Shown here: positions 11,190-22,883 of the stretch, in pieces
Numbering within the stretch: position 1 is the stretch's first letter
Layout of the letters: every line of letters begins with the position of its first letter
Source: Phoronis australis
Lineage: Eukaryota; Animalia; Phoronida
Length of the DNA stretch: 34,973 bases
NCBI GenBank assembly: GCA_002633005.1
Contig: NMRA01000545.1
Coordinates: 1-34,973, forward strand
Direction of reading: 5' to 3'
The notes under the pieces: generated by a model
Databases searched by the model: none
What the model was told of the DNA's origin: nothing
What the model saw: only the letters and a program-made list of their open reading frames with translations
Program-made: the position numbers and the translations under genes

Positions 11190-11958
11190 TTAAATCCGTT
11201 GTTGTTTTCGTGAACATATGCTGTTACTTGCTATCATGGAGAACTCCGGGTCACCTGGTAATTCGCCAGAATGTGAAACGGTCTCATAGTCGGTTGGTGA
11301 AACTTCCATTCGCACGACTGTCAATAGTGCTAGGACAGCACTGTTATTACTAATGTAGCTGCGTCTGGCTGCAGGGATAACAAAACAAAGCCGTTTGCAC
11401 AACACACTTTATTATTTTGGTTGCTACCGATAAGAAGTGTCCAATAAAGCGGTTATCTGAAATCAAGAAAAAACACACAGTCTAAGTACTCGGCTAGTAA
11501 GCGTAAATCAATTAATAAGCAGCTGAATATACTATACTTTAAACAACTACACACGCTCTAAACTTATAGCTAAATGCACACGAGTACAACATACTATGTC
11601 AAAATATTCAGTACTTACAACAGTTTGGCTAACAGTCTGCTCAATATAAAAGTTTCAGCATCCGATGAAAACACATGATTCGCCTTACAGATCTTGTCGA
11701 CGAATGCCGCTATACACAAAAAACGCTAGTCACCAAAACCCGAGTAACAAACAGAGGCTAATACGTAATAATAGCCGGCCGGTCAAGCTACTAATCGACT
11801 ATGCAAATGCTATTGAACCGCTGCAAAGAACTGGCTTACTGAACAAAACCCAATCACAGCGGCGAAAGATGCACTGCTACATATAAAGAAAATAAACAAC
11901 GTAACAAGTAAATGAAATACAACAACCAATGACTAAAAATGATGCGAGGCATCAACAA

Positions 11959-14900
11959 GGGGCCTCCAGGGACTTTCATTGGCCTCCAAGGGCATCCAGA
12001 GGCGTCCAGGGGCCTCCAATGGCCTCCAACGGCCTCCAGCGGCCTCCAGCGGTCTCCAGGGGCCATCAGTGGTCTCCAGCGGCCGGAAGGGGCTTTCAGT
12101 GATCTCCAGGGAGCTCCTGCAACATCCAGGGGAGTCCGGCGGCCTGCAAGGTCCTCCAGAGGCCTCCAGGGATCTCCAGGGGCCGCCAGTGGCCTCCAGG
12201 GTCCTCCGGTTGCCTCCAGAGACTTCCAGGGGACTCTAGTGGCTTCCAGGTGCTTTCAGTGTCCTTCGGTAGCTTCCAGAGGCCTCCAGGGGCGTCCAGG
12301 GGCCTCCAGAGGCCTCCAGGGTCCCCCAGTGACTCCTAGAGTCCTCCTGTGGCCTCAGGTGGCCACCACCGACCTCTAGAGGTTTCAAGTGGCCTCGAGG
12401 GGCCTCAGGTGGCCTCCAAAGGAATCCAGAGGCGTCAAGCGGACTCCAACGGCCTCGAACGACCTTTAGCGGCCTACAGCGGCCTACAGGGGCCTCCAGT
12501 GGCCTCCAGCGGCATCCAGGGGCCTTCAGTGATCTCCAGAGCCTTCGGTGCTCTCCTGGGCCTCCAGGGTCATCCAGAGGCCTCCAGGTGCCTCCAAGGT
12601 CCTCCAGTGGCCTCCAGTGGCTCCAGTAGCCTCCAGGGGCCTCCAGTGGCGTTAACCGGTTTCCACTGGATTCCAATGGCCTCCAGTGGACTCCAGGAGC
12701 CTCCAAGGGCCTCCAGGGTAGTCCGGTGGCATCCCCTGGCCTCCAGTGGCCTCCAGGTGCCTTCAGGGCCCTCTAGTTGCCTCCAGAGGCCTCCAGCGGT
12801 TTTCTGGGACCTCCAATGGCCTCCAGTGGCCTTCAGAGGTCTCCAAGACCAGTCAGAGGCGTCCCGGTGCCTCCAACGGTCTCTAACGGCCTACAGCGGC
12901 CTCCAGGGTTTTCAGGTGACCTCTCTTGACCTCCAGGGTCCTACCCGGCGTTTTCGAGGCCCTTCAGGATTCTCCAGTGGCCTCCATTGATCTCAAGGAG
13001 CCTCCATGGGCCTCCTGAAAGCATTCAGCGCCCTCCAGGGGCCTCCAGTGGGCTCCAGGATCCTCCAAGGGCCTCCAGGGATTTATAGCGGCCTCCAAGG
13101 GCCTCCAGCAGCCTTCTGTGGCCTCCAGGGTCCTACCGGGGGCTTTCAGGGCCCTCCAGGTGTCTGCAGTGGCCTCCAGAAGCCTCCAGCGGCCCGTAAG
13201 GCCTCCAGGGGCCTCTAGTGTTCTCCAGTGTCCTCCCGGGTCCTCCAGGGGCCTTTACGGGCCACCAGTGGCCTCCGGTGGCCTCCAGTGGCCTTCAGGG
13301 GCCTCCAGGGCTTCCAGGAGCCTGAAATTGCCTCCAGGGGCCTCCAGTGACATCCAGGGGCCTGCAGTGGCCTCCAATAGCCTCCAGAGACAACCAGTCG
13401 CCTCCAGCGGCATCCAGTGGCCTCCGGGGGCCTCCAGGGGCCTCCAGTGGTACCCATTGGCCTCCAGTGGAATCCAAGGGCCTCCAGGGCTCTAGAGTGG
13501 ACTCCAGTGGCCTCCAGGGGCCTCCAAGGTCCTACCGAGGTGTTCCAGGGCCCTCCAGGGGTTTGCAGTGGCCTCCACTGGCCTCCAGAGACAACCAGTC
13601 GCCTCCAGGGGCATCCAGTGGCCTCCAGGGGCCTCCAGTGGTACCCAGTGGCCTCCAGTGGAATCCAGGGGCCTCCAGGGACCTCCAGTGAACTCCAATG
13701 GCCTCCCCTTGCGTCCAGCGGCCTCCAGGGGTTTCCAGTGGCCTCCAGCGGCCTCCAGTGGCCTCCAGTGGCCTCCAGTGGCTCCATAGGATCCAGTGGC
13801 CTTCAATGGCCTCCGGAGCCTCCAGTGGCATCCATTGGCCTCCAGTGGCCTCGAACGGCCTCCATTGGCATCCAGGGTCGTCACGGGTGCTTTCAGGGTC
13901 TCCAGGGGTCTCCAGTGGCCTCCAGTGGTCTCCAGGGGCCTCATGGGGCCTCCAGCGCCATCCAGGGGCCTCCTGTAGTCTCCAGTGGCTCCATAGGATC
14001 CAGTGGCCTTCAATGGCCTCTGGGAGCCTCCAGTGGCATCCATTGGCCTCCAGTGGCCTCAAACGGCATCCCTTGGCCTCCAGGGTCGTCAGGGGGGCTT
14101 TCAGGGTCTCCAGGGGTCTCCAGGGGCCTCATGGGGCCTCCAGCGCTCTCCAGGGACCTCGAGTGGGCTCCAAGGGCCTCCAGGGGTCTAGAGTGGACTC
14201 CAGTGGCCTCCAGGGTCCTACCGAGGTGTTCCAGGGCCCTCCAGGGGTTTGCAGTGGCGTCCACTGGCCTCCGGGGGCCTCCAGGAGCTTCCAGAGGCCT
14301 CCAGCGACCTTCAGTGGCCCGCAAGGGCCTCGAGGGGCCCCCAGTGACCTTCAGTGGCCTCGAGAGGTCTCCAAGACCAGTCAGAGGCGTCCCGGTGCCT
14401 CCAACGGCTTCAAACGGCCTCCAGCGGCCTCCAGGGTTCTCCAGTGGCCTCCATTGATCTCGAGGAGCCTCTATGGGCCTCCTGAAAGCATTCAGCGCCC
14501 TCCAGGGGCCTCCAGGATCCTCCAAGGGCCTCCAGGGATTTATAGTGGCTTCCAGGGGCCTCCAGCAGCTTCTTGTGGCCTCCAGGGTCCTACCAGGGGC
14601 TTTCAGGGCCTCCAGGGGTCTGCAGTGGCCTCCAGAAGCCTCCAGCGGCCCGTAAGGCCTTCAGAGGCCTCCAGTGTTCTCCAGTGTCCTCCCGGGTCCT
14701 CCAGGGGCCTTTACGGGCCTCCTGTGGCCTCTGGTGGCCTTCAGGGTCCTCCAGGGGCCTCCAGTCTCCTCCAGTGGCCTTCAGTGGCCTATAGGGGGCC
14801 TCCAGGAACCTGAAAGCGCATCCAGGGGCCTCCAGTGCCCTCCCGTGGCCTCCAGTGGAATCTAGAGGTTTCCAGAGGCCTCAAGGGCCCTCCAGTGGTC

Positions 14901-17900
14901 TCCACTGGCCTGCAGTGGCCTCCAGGGGTTTCCAGTGGCCTCGAACGGCCTCCAGTGGCGTTCAGTGATCTCCAGGGGCCTCCAGTGGACTCCGGTGGCC
15001 TCCAGTGACATTCAGGGGCCTCTAGTGGTCTCCGCATGCCTCCAGGGGCTGCAGGTTGCCTTTAGGGGACTCATGTGGGCTCCAAGTGCCTCCAGTGACC
15101 TTCAGAGGCATCCAGCTTCCTCAAAGGGCCTCCAGGGGCCTCCAGTGGTCTCTAGGGGCCTCTAGAGGACTCAAGTGGACTTCAGGGGCGTCCAGTGGCC
15201 TCTGGGGACCTTTAGGGGCCTCAGTTGGCCTCCACGGGACTGCGGTGGCCTCCACGGGCCTCCAGGTGCTTTCGGGAGAGTCCAACGGCCTCGATGGGCC
15301 TGCAGTGGCCTCCAGCGGCCTCCAGTGGTCTTCGGATGCCTCAAGGGGCTCCAGGTTGCCTTTAGGGGCTAAAAGTGGCCTACAGGGGCCTCCACGGGCG
15401 TCCAGGAGCATCCAGGGGCCTTCAGAGGCCTCCAGTGGCCTCCAGCGTCCTCAAAGGGCCTCCAGGGGCCTCTAAGAGCCTCCAGAGGACTCCAGTGGAC
15501 TCCAGTGGCCTCCAGGGGCTTCCGGTGGCCTTCAGGGGCCTAAGTAGTCCTCCGGGGGCCTCCACAGGCGTCCAGGAGAGTCCAGTGGCCTTGAGGAGCT
15601 TTAGTGGCCTTCTGGGGACTCCAGGGGGCCTCACGTGGCCTCGAGGGGCCTGCGGTGGCCTCCAGGGGCCTCCAGTGGCCTCCAGGGAATTCCAGTGGCC
15701 ACCAGGCGGATCCAGTCTCCTCCAGTGGCTCCAGTGGCCTCCAGGGTAATCCAGGGGCTTCAGAGGCCTCCACTGGTTTCCGGAGGCCTCCAGGGGCTTC
15801 CGGTGGCCTTCAGGTGCCTAAGGTGGCCTCCAGGGTCATCCAGGAACCTCCAGGTGAGTCCAGCGGCCTCAAGGGGCCTGCAGTGGCCCCGGGGGAGTCC
15901 AGGGGCTCAGGTGGCCTCGAGGGGCCTGCGGTGGCTTCCAGGTGCCTCCAGGGAACTCCAGGGGCCACCAGTCGGATTGAGTGGCCTCCACTGGCTCCAG
16001 TGGCCTTCAGGGGCCTCCAGGGATCTCCAGTGTACTCCAGTGGCCTCCAGAGTACTCCAGTGGCCCCTGGGGGTACCCCAGGACCCTCCAGTGGCCTCCA
16101 GGGGCCTAGGTGGCCTCCAGAGGTCTCCAGTGGCCTCCAGCAGTTTTCACTGGATTCCAGTGGCCTCCAGTGGGTTCCAGTGGCCAAAAGGGTACCCCGG
16201 TGGCCTCCAGGGGCCTCCAGGATCATCCAGGTGCCTCCATTGGCCTCCAGCGGTTTCTAAGTGCCTCCAATAGCCTTCAGTGGCCTCCAGGGGCATTCAG
16301 GGGCCCCCAGGGGCCTCTGTTGGCCTCCAATGGCATCCACTGGCCTCAAAGAGCCTCCAGGGACCTCCAACAGCCAGGCAACTCCAGAGGCGGGCAAGGG
16401 CCTCTAAGATTCTCAAATGTGCTTCAGTGGCCTCCAGTGGCTTCCGGTGGTCTCCAGTGGCCTCCACGGGAATCCACTGCCCTCCAGGGGCTTACAATGG
16501 CTCCAGATGGTCTAGTGGCCTTTAATTGCCTCCATTGGCCTGCAGCGGTTTCCAGCGGCCTCCAGTGGAATCCAGTAGCCTCCAGCGATTTCCAGGTTCC
16601 TCCAGTGGCCTCTATTGGCCTTCAGGGGTCTCCAGCGGCCTGCAAGCTCTTCCCGGGGCCTCCAATGGCATCCAATGGCCTAAAAGAGTCTCCAGGGGCC
16701 TCCAGCAGCCTCCAGGGGCCTCTAGCTGCCTGCAAGGGCCTCCAATGTGCTTCAGTGGCCTCTGGTTGCCTCCAGGGCCTCCAGTGGCCTCTAGCGGTTT
16801 CAGGGGCCTGCAGTGGCCTCCAGGGGCCTCCAGTGGCCTCCAGGTGTCTCCAGGGGTTTTCAGGGGACTCCATGGGACCCCGGAGGGCTCCGGTGGCCTC
16901 CAGGGGCCCTCGGTGGCCTCCACAAGCCTCAAGAGGCCTCCAGTGCCCTACAGTGGTCTCCAGGGGCCTCCAATGGCCTCCAGTGGATTCCATTCGCCTT
17001 CAGCGGTTTTCAGGGGCCTCCAGTGGCCTCCAGGGGCCTATAACGGCCTGCAAGGGTCCTCCGGTTGCATGAAAGGGCCTCAAATGGCTTCCTATGACCT
17101 CCAGTAGCCTCCAGGACACTCCTGTGGCCTCCAGTGGCCTCCAGCGGTTTCCAGGCTCTTCCAATGGCCTGCAGTGAACTAACTCCAGGGGCGTCCAGGG
17201 GCCTCTAGCGGCCTGTATGGAACTCTAGGGGCGTCCAGTGGTCTCCATTAGTCCCCGGGGGCCTCCAGTAGCCTCCTCGGGCCTCCAGGGTTCTCCCTGG
17301 GCCTCCAGCTGCCTCCAGCGGTTTCCAGGGGCCTCCAGTGGCCTCCAGAGGCCTCCAGTGGTCTCTAGGGGCCACCAGGGGGCTCCAGGGTCTCCAGCGG
17401 CGCCCAGGGGCCACCGGTTTTCTCCATTGGCCTTCACCGCTTTCCAGGGGCATCCAGTGGCCTCCAGGGACCTCCAGCGTCCTGCACGGGAATCCAGGGG
17501 CCTCCAGTTGTCTCCAGTGGTCTCCAGTGGACTCCAGGGGCCTCCAGAGGCCTCCAGTGGTCTCCAGTGACCTGCAGGGGCATCCAATGGCCTTCGGGGG
17601 ACTCCAATGGCCTCCACTGGCCTCAACGAGCCTCCAGGGTCCTCCAGCGGATTGCAAGAGCCTATAAGGGCCTCCAATGTTCTTCAGTGGCGTCCGGTGG
17701 CCTCCAGGGGCTCCCAGTGGCCTCCAGGAGCCTCCAGTGGCCTCCACGAAAGTCCAAGGCAGTCCAGTGGCCTCCAGAGGCTTCTAATGGCCTCCAGGGG
17801 CCTCCAATGCCCTCCAATGGCCTCCAGGTGCCTGCAAGGGCCTCCAGCGACCTCCAGGGGCATCAAGTGGACACAAGCGGTTTCTAGGATCCTTCAGTGG

Positions 17901-19036
17901 CCACCAGGTGCCACCAGGGGCCTCCAGCGGCCTCGAGGTGCCTCCCAGTGGTCTCCAGTGGGCTAAAAGAGCCTCCAGTGGCCTCCAAGGGACTCTTGTG
18001 AACTTCAGTGTCCTCCAGTGGCCACAAGCGACCTCCAGTTGCCTCCAGTAACCTCCAGAGTCCTTCAGCGGCGCCAGGGGCCATCAGGAGCCTCCAGTGG
18101 CCTCCGGTGGCTTCCGGTGGCCTCCAGGGACCTCCAGGGCCCTCCAGGGGTCTTCGGTGGCCTCCAGGGGCTTCTGGTGGCCTCCAGCGGCGTTCAGGGG
18201 CCTCCAGGGGCCTCTAGGGGCCTCCAGTGTTCTTCAGGGGCCCCAGTGGTCTCCAATGGCCTCCAGGGGCATTCAGGGGATTCCAGGTTCCTCCAGCGGC
18301 CTCCAGGGGCCTCCAGCGGCTCCACGGACCTCGAGGTGCCTAAAGGGCCCTCTAGTGGTCTCCAGTGACCTCCAGGGTCATCCAGTGTCCTCCAGGAGCC
18401 TCCGGTAGCTTCCAGTGTCCTCCAGGGGCCTCTGGTAGCCTCTGGTGGCCTCCAGGGCCCTCCAGGGACCTGCAGCAGCGTCCAGCGGCCTTCAGCGGAC
18501 ACCAGGGGCCTCCAGGGGCTGCCAGGAGCCTCCGGGGACCTCCTGGGTCTTCCAGGCGCTTCCAGGGGCGTCCAGTGGCCTCCGGTAGCCTCCGGGGACC
18601 TCCAGGGGCTTCCAGGCGCCTCCAGGGGTCTCCAGAGACCTGCAGCGGCCTCTGGTGGCTTTCGGTGGCCTCTAGTGCCCTCCAGGGGCCTCCAGGTGCC
18701 TCCAATGTCCTCCAGCGGCCTCCATTGCTAGGGGCCGCCAGGAGCCTCTTGCACCCTCCAGGGGCCTCCAGTGGACTACACGGGCCTCCAGTGGCCCGCT
18801 CCAGGGGCCTTCAGGGGCCTCCATCAGGGGCCTCCGGTGGACTCCGGGGGCCTCCAGGGGTGTCCAGGAGCCTCGAGAACCTCCAGTGGCATCCAGCGAC
18901 GTTGCAGTGGCCTTCAGGGACCTCCAGTTGCGTCCAAGGGCCTCCAGTGACCTCCAGGGGCCTGAGTGGCCTCTGGGGTCCTCCGGTGGCCTCCAGTGGC
19001 CTCCGGGGGCCTCCAGGGGCCTCTTGTGGCCTCCAG
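11959..19036. repeat. ~7-kb degenerate GC-rich satellite, 10-bp unit GGCCTCCAG(T/G)
   Basis: Continuous head-to-tail variants of GGCCTCCAGT / GGCCTCCAGG, roughly 700 units by length, with sharp boundaries against AT-rich flanks. Confidence 0.97.
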
Positions 19037-19519
19037 AAGAAGAAAGAGACAGAATTTCTTAACGTTGTAATGATTATTTCAACTAATATTAGCTTTTTTT
19101 TTCTCATAATACTTTAGCCAATCTTATGAAGGTGCTGAAGAATGCGCTCGACTCCAGTACGGTACACTTTTATAACTCCCATTCTCATTGCCTACTGTAC
19201 CACAGCTGATTTTGCTTGCGGTTAGCACGACTGAAAAAGGTAGAATCACTTGACAAGAAGAAGTCGAAAATTGCAGTAAAACACTAATTATGAACACTAA
19301 TAACTCTTTAAAAAATTTTAAAAGACCAAAAATGCATAACAATAATTCGTGTATGAAGTATAGTCCGGACTCACCTATCGTAGTCAGGCTCCAAAGGTCG
19401 AAGGGTTACAGTTCTACAATACTACCTTTAAAATCTTATTTTCAAATATTAACAGTATTAAATCCAACAATTTCTCCAGATTCCAACTTCTAAAAAACTT
19501 TGTTCTGTCTTACGATTAT

Positions 19520-22500
19520 ATGATTGTCGCTCTTTGTGAAACTTGTAATGTTACCAAAGACGACCTTGATAATGAACTAATCATTCCTGGTTACAGTGTT
19601 TCGTATCACAGCAACAGTGGCCGTGGTATCATTTTATTCACTAAAAACACACTCTCATTTAAATTATGTCCTAGCTTAACTTGTCCTCAGTTATGCAACT
19701 GCTGGATCGAAATTTATTTCGATCACAGAAAAATTTACTATGGGTTGTTTTATCGCTCACCTTCTCAATCTCCAACTGAAAGAAAACTCTACTTCAAAGC
19801 CCTAGCGGATCAGTTAGCGGAACTTAACCGCAATAGCGTTAGTATAATCATAAATGGTGATTTCAATGCCCGAAACTCTACATGGTACAATGATGATCAT
19901 GACAATACGGCCGGACTACAATTGTTTGATATTTTATTGTCTAATGACTGCATACAACTAATTAATGAGCCAACCCGTATCACCGACGTTTCTCATTCAT
20001 GTATTGACCTGTGTATAACAAACAATTTGAGTATCATTGACTCATGTTCTGTACTACCTCCTGTTGGCAATTCTGATCACCACACTATCGAAACCACTCT
20101 AACACTTAAAAAACCGGTTAAAGAGCAACACACCACTCGAACCAACTGGAAATATGATCAGGTCGACACCGATAAACTGCGTCAGGATATCACCAACACT
20201 GACTGGGATTCCATATTGAACACTGGCGACATTGATGACACTGTTTCACTCTTCACTAGTACTCTCTATGAAATCTTAAAAAACAACATCCCATCAACTG
20301 AAAAGATAATTAAACACAACAGCAAACCGTGGTTCAACAGTAATGTTAAACGGGCAATCCGCACAAGAAACAGACTTTACAGCTCTTTCAGAAGATCTAA
20401 CAACACTATAATCTACAACAGATACAAGGAGCAGTCACGTCTGGTTGAAACTTTAGTAAATCAAGCCAAAGCTGATCACCGACACAAGCTTTTTCAACAA
20501 ATTAACAGCGCAAGCAAGAATTCCAAAGAATACTGGAACATCATCAATAAAATACGCGGCAGTCAACAGCAATCCTCCTATCCTGTCATCAACTATAATG
20601 GTAACCTAGCCTCACGTAGTAGTGACAAGTGTGATTTGTTTCTCAAATTTTTCACGAACAAAAGCCACATTACACCAACTGAAGTAAGTAACTTTCCCTT
20701 TCTTCGTGAACGTTGTCTCAATCAACTGTCTGACATCCCGGCTAATCAAACTGATGTCCGGAAGTATCTCAATGAAATTGACCCCAATAAGAATGATGGC
20801 ACAGCTTTAATAACCAGCAAGATGATCAAAATGATTGCCAACGAAATTACCATGCCCCTGACCAATCTGTTTAACAAACTTCTTCAGCTAGGCATTTATC
20901 CGTCTTCTTGGAAACATGGAATTATGGTCCCCATACACAAAAAAGGCTCCAAAACTGAAATTTCAAATTATCGCCCAATAACATTACTTAACACCCTGTC
21001 CAAAATCTTTGAGAAGATCATTGCTCAAAGTATTCTTACATTTCTCAAACAAAACAACTTGATCTATCATCGTCAATTTGGTTTTTTGCGTGGGAACAGC
21101 ACCGTGGCACAACTTGTTGAAATAGTACATGAGATTCATTTACATTTTGAGAAGGGAGAGAGTGTCAGGTCCATTTTTCTAGATATAGCTTCTGCTTTCG
21201 ACTGTGTCCCTCACGACCTTCTACTTCACAAACTTCGATCCTATGGCATTACTGGTAATCTTTTAAACATGATCACCTCATATCTCTCCGAAAGAACATA
21301 CAGTGTTCGTGTCGATGGCGTACTTTCAATTTTATCCCATCCTGGATTTGTAAACGCAGGTGTACCGCAGGGTAGCGTATTGGGCCCTCTTCTCTTCTTG
21401 GTTTATATTAATGACCTTCCTGATAACCTGTCATGTAGCACATACCTTTATGCAGATGACACGGCGCTTTTTTACCCCTTCGCAGGGAGCAGCCCTGAAT
21501 GTTCTTTGCAGCTTCAACACGACTTAAATAAACTAAGCTATTGGTCACAAGAATGGAGAATGAATTTTAAACCAGAAAAAAGCGTTGACCTTACCTTCTC
21601 CAAATCTATTAATGCTCTCTTCCTTGTTGACCCGTCTTATGACCTTAAACTTAATGATGAAATCATTCCTAGAAAACAGTCGCACAGACATCTGGGTATA
21701 CTGTTAGATGAAAAACTCTCATTCACCCCTCACGTTCGGGAGCTCGTACAAAAAACTCAGGAACTAATTAACCCACTTAAGCTTGTCTCTCGTCATCTGA
21801 ATTCTACACATTTAGAAGTTTTGTTCAAGTCCTTTGTACTTCCACACATTGATTATTGTGATATTATATATCAGTCTGCCAATACGGGTGCACTCCAACA
21901 TTTGGAGAAGTTACAATATCAAGCCGCCTTACTCATAACTGGAGCTTACAGGGGATCCAATAGTGTTAAGGTTTTGAATAATCTCAAGTGGCCCAAACTG
22001 TCTACTCGACGCAATCTTCACATGACCACATTTACGTTCAAGGTAATAAACAATGTCAACAACGTGTCTGTCAAAAAAATATTTGATCTATATATTAGAC
22101 AAGGCCATCGTAGTGATTTGAGATTCTCCACCCCATATGCAATTCCTCCGTCGTTCAGTCAGGCATTCAGAAGGTCTACAGTCATGATGTGCATCAACAA
22201 CTGGAATTCTCTTCCAGTCTCTGTTAAGGAAAGCAACTCTTTTACGAGTATAAAAAATAATTTTAGAACTGTTTTTCATAATTTTGATAACTCAACACCC
22301 TTGACTCAATTCTCCCTTACCCGCGATAACGAAATAGCATTGTACAGATCAAGATGTGGCCTTTTCCTCAACTCTGACAAGTTCAGGCACAACTTTAGTA
22401 ATGTATCTCCAAACTGTAAATGTGGTGACCATCAATCTTATCCTCATATTTTCTTCAAATGTCCCCTCATCGAATCCCTGAGAGACTCACTCTTTCGTGC

Positions 22501-22672
22501 ACTCAATGATAACCAATCAGTTGTTAACGCTCTCAATTCTTGTAATAATATCCCTACTAGAGTTACATTATTACTGAATGGTAGTCCTAACCTTGACTTT
22601 GTTCTTAACGAATTCCTCCTAAGCAACGTTAGCAAATTTTTATATACCGTTTATCAATATTGTTGCATCTGA
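19520..22672 (+). CDS. LINE ORF2: AP-like endonuclease, reverse transcriptase and C-terminal CCHC zinc knuckle (1050 aa; frame is open from 19418)
   Basis: APE motifs CET, YRSPS, GDFNAR, PTR, CIDL, SDH. RT motifs PIHKKG, NYRPITLL, QFGF, FLDIASAFD, GVPQGSVLGPLLF, YADD, HLGI. CKCGDHQSYPHIFFKC near the C-terminus. No internal stops. Confidence 0.95.
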   Translation: MIVALCETCNVTKDDLDNELIIPGYSVSYHSNSGRGIILFTKNTLSFKLCPSLTCPQLCNCWIEIYFDHRKIYYGLFYRSPSQSPTERKLYFKALADQLAELNRNSVSIIINGDFNARNSTWYNDDHDNTAGLQLFDILLSNDCIQLINEPTRITDVSHSCIDLCITNNLSIIDSCSVLPPVGNSDHHTIETTLTLKKPVKEQHTTRTNWKYDQVDTDKLRQDITNTDWDSILNTGDIDDTVSLFTSTLYEILKNNIPSTEKIIKHNSKPWFNSNVKRAIRTRNRLYSSFRRSNNTIIYNRYKEQSRLVETLVNQAKADHRHKLFQQINSASKNSKEYWNIINKIRGSQQQSSYPVINYNGNLASRSSDKCDLFLKFFTNKSHITPTEVSNFPFLRERCLNQLSDIPANQTDVRKYLNEIDPNKNDGTALITSKMIKMIANEITMPLTNLFNKLLQLGIYPSSWKHGIMVPIHKKGSKTEISNYRPITLLNTLSKIFEKIIAQSILTFLKQNNLIYHRQFGFLRGNSTVAQLVEIVHEIHLHFEKGESVRSIFLDIASAFDCVPHDLLLHKLRSYGITGNLLNMITSYLSERTYSVRVDGVLSILSHPGFVNAGVPQGSVLGPLLFLVYINDLPDNLSCSTYLYADDTALFYPFAGSSPECSLQLQHDLNKLSYWSQEWRMNFKPEKSVDLTFSKSINALFLVDPSYDLKLNDEIIPRKQSHRHLGILLDEKLSFTPHVRELVQKTQELINPLKLVSRHLNSTHLEVLFKSFVLPHIDYCDIIYQSANTGALQHLEKLQYQAALLITGAYRGSNSVKVLNNLKWPKLSTRRNLHMTTFTFKVINNVNNVSVKKIFDLYIRQGHRSDLRFSTPYAIPPSFSQAFRRSTVMMCINNWNSLPVSVKESNSFTSIKNNFRTVFHNFDNSTPLTQFSLTRDNEIALYRSRCGLFLNSDKFRHNFSNVSPNCKCGDHQSYPHIFFKCPLIESLRDSLFRALNDNQSVVNALNSCNNIPTRVTLLLNGSPNLDFVLNEFLLSNVSKFLYTVYQYCCI

Positions 22673-22809
22673 TTTCCCTACATGAATCTGTAAATATTTT
22701 TGTTTTTATATATCTGTAATAGCATGTCTAAGTATTGGAATACTTATTTTAGATACTACTTAATTGTATATATCTCTATGTATATAAGTTTCATTTATGA
22801 ATTGTTTAC

Positions 22810-22883
22810 AACCCAGATATAATGCTTCGCGGTTTCTGGGTTTGTTATTATTTCTTTGTATGTTCTGTGTATCCTTCAATAAA
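22810..22883 (+). promoter_or_regulatory. LINE 3' UTR stem-loop and polyadenylation signal
   Basis: AACCCAGA (22810-22817) pairs with TCTGGGTT (22835-22842). AATAAA at 22878-22883 just before the A-tail. Confidence 0.65.

Larger units (their letters stand above)
9718..11240. mobile_element. Penelope-like retroelement with inverted pseudo-LTR ends spanning an assembly gap
   Basis: 10932-11240 is the reverse complement of the left arm. 10933-11061 (+) encodes DFAIIDQAVTTKELKIREALHISWCKPNLNRQLTHHRLSLLV*, the typical PLE GIY-YIG C-terminus (LKIxEALHI..KPxLNxQ), followed by a hammerhead motif. Confidence 0.85.

Noticed and set aside
11240-11950. Possible solo LTR (AATAAA, mixed composition)
   Set aside because: No TG...CA boundaries with TSD, PBS or PPT could be identified.
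11959-19036. Possible CRISPR-like array
   Set aside because: No constant repeat with unique spacers and no cas genes; eukaryotic context.
11939-19117. Dozens of collagen-like or Pro/Gly-rich ORFs on both strands
   Set aside because: They are by-products of a stop-free 10-bp satellite. The same peptide appears in all frames, no Gly-X-Y register is sustained, and stops are scattered.
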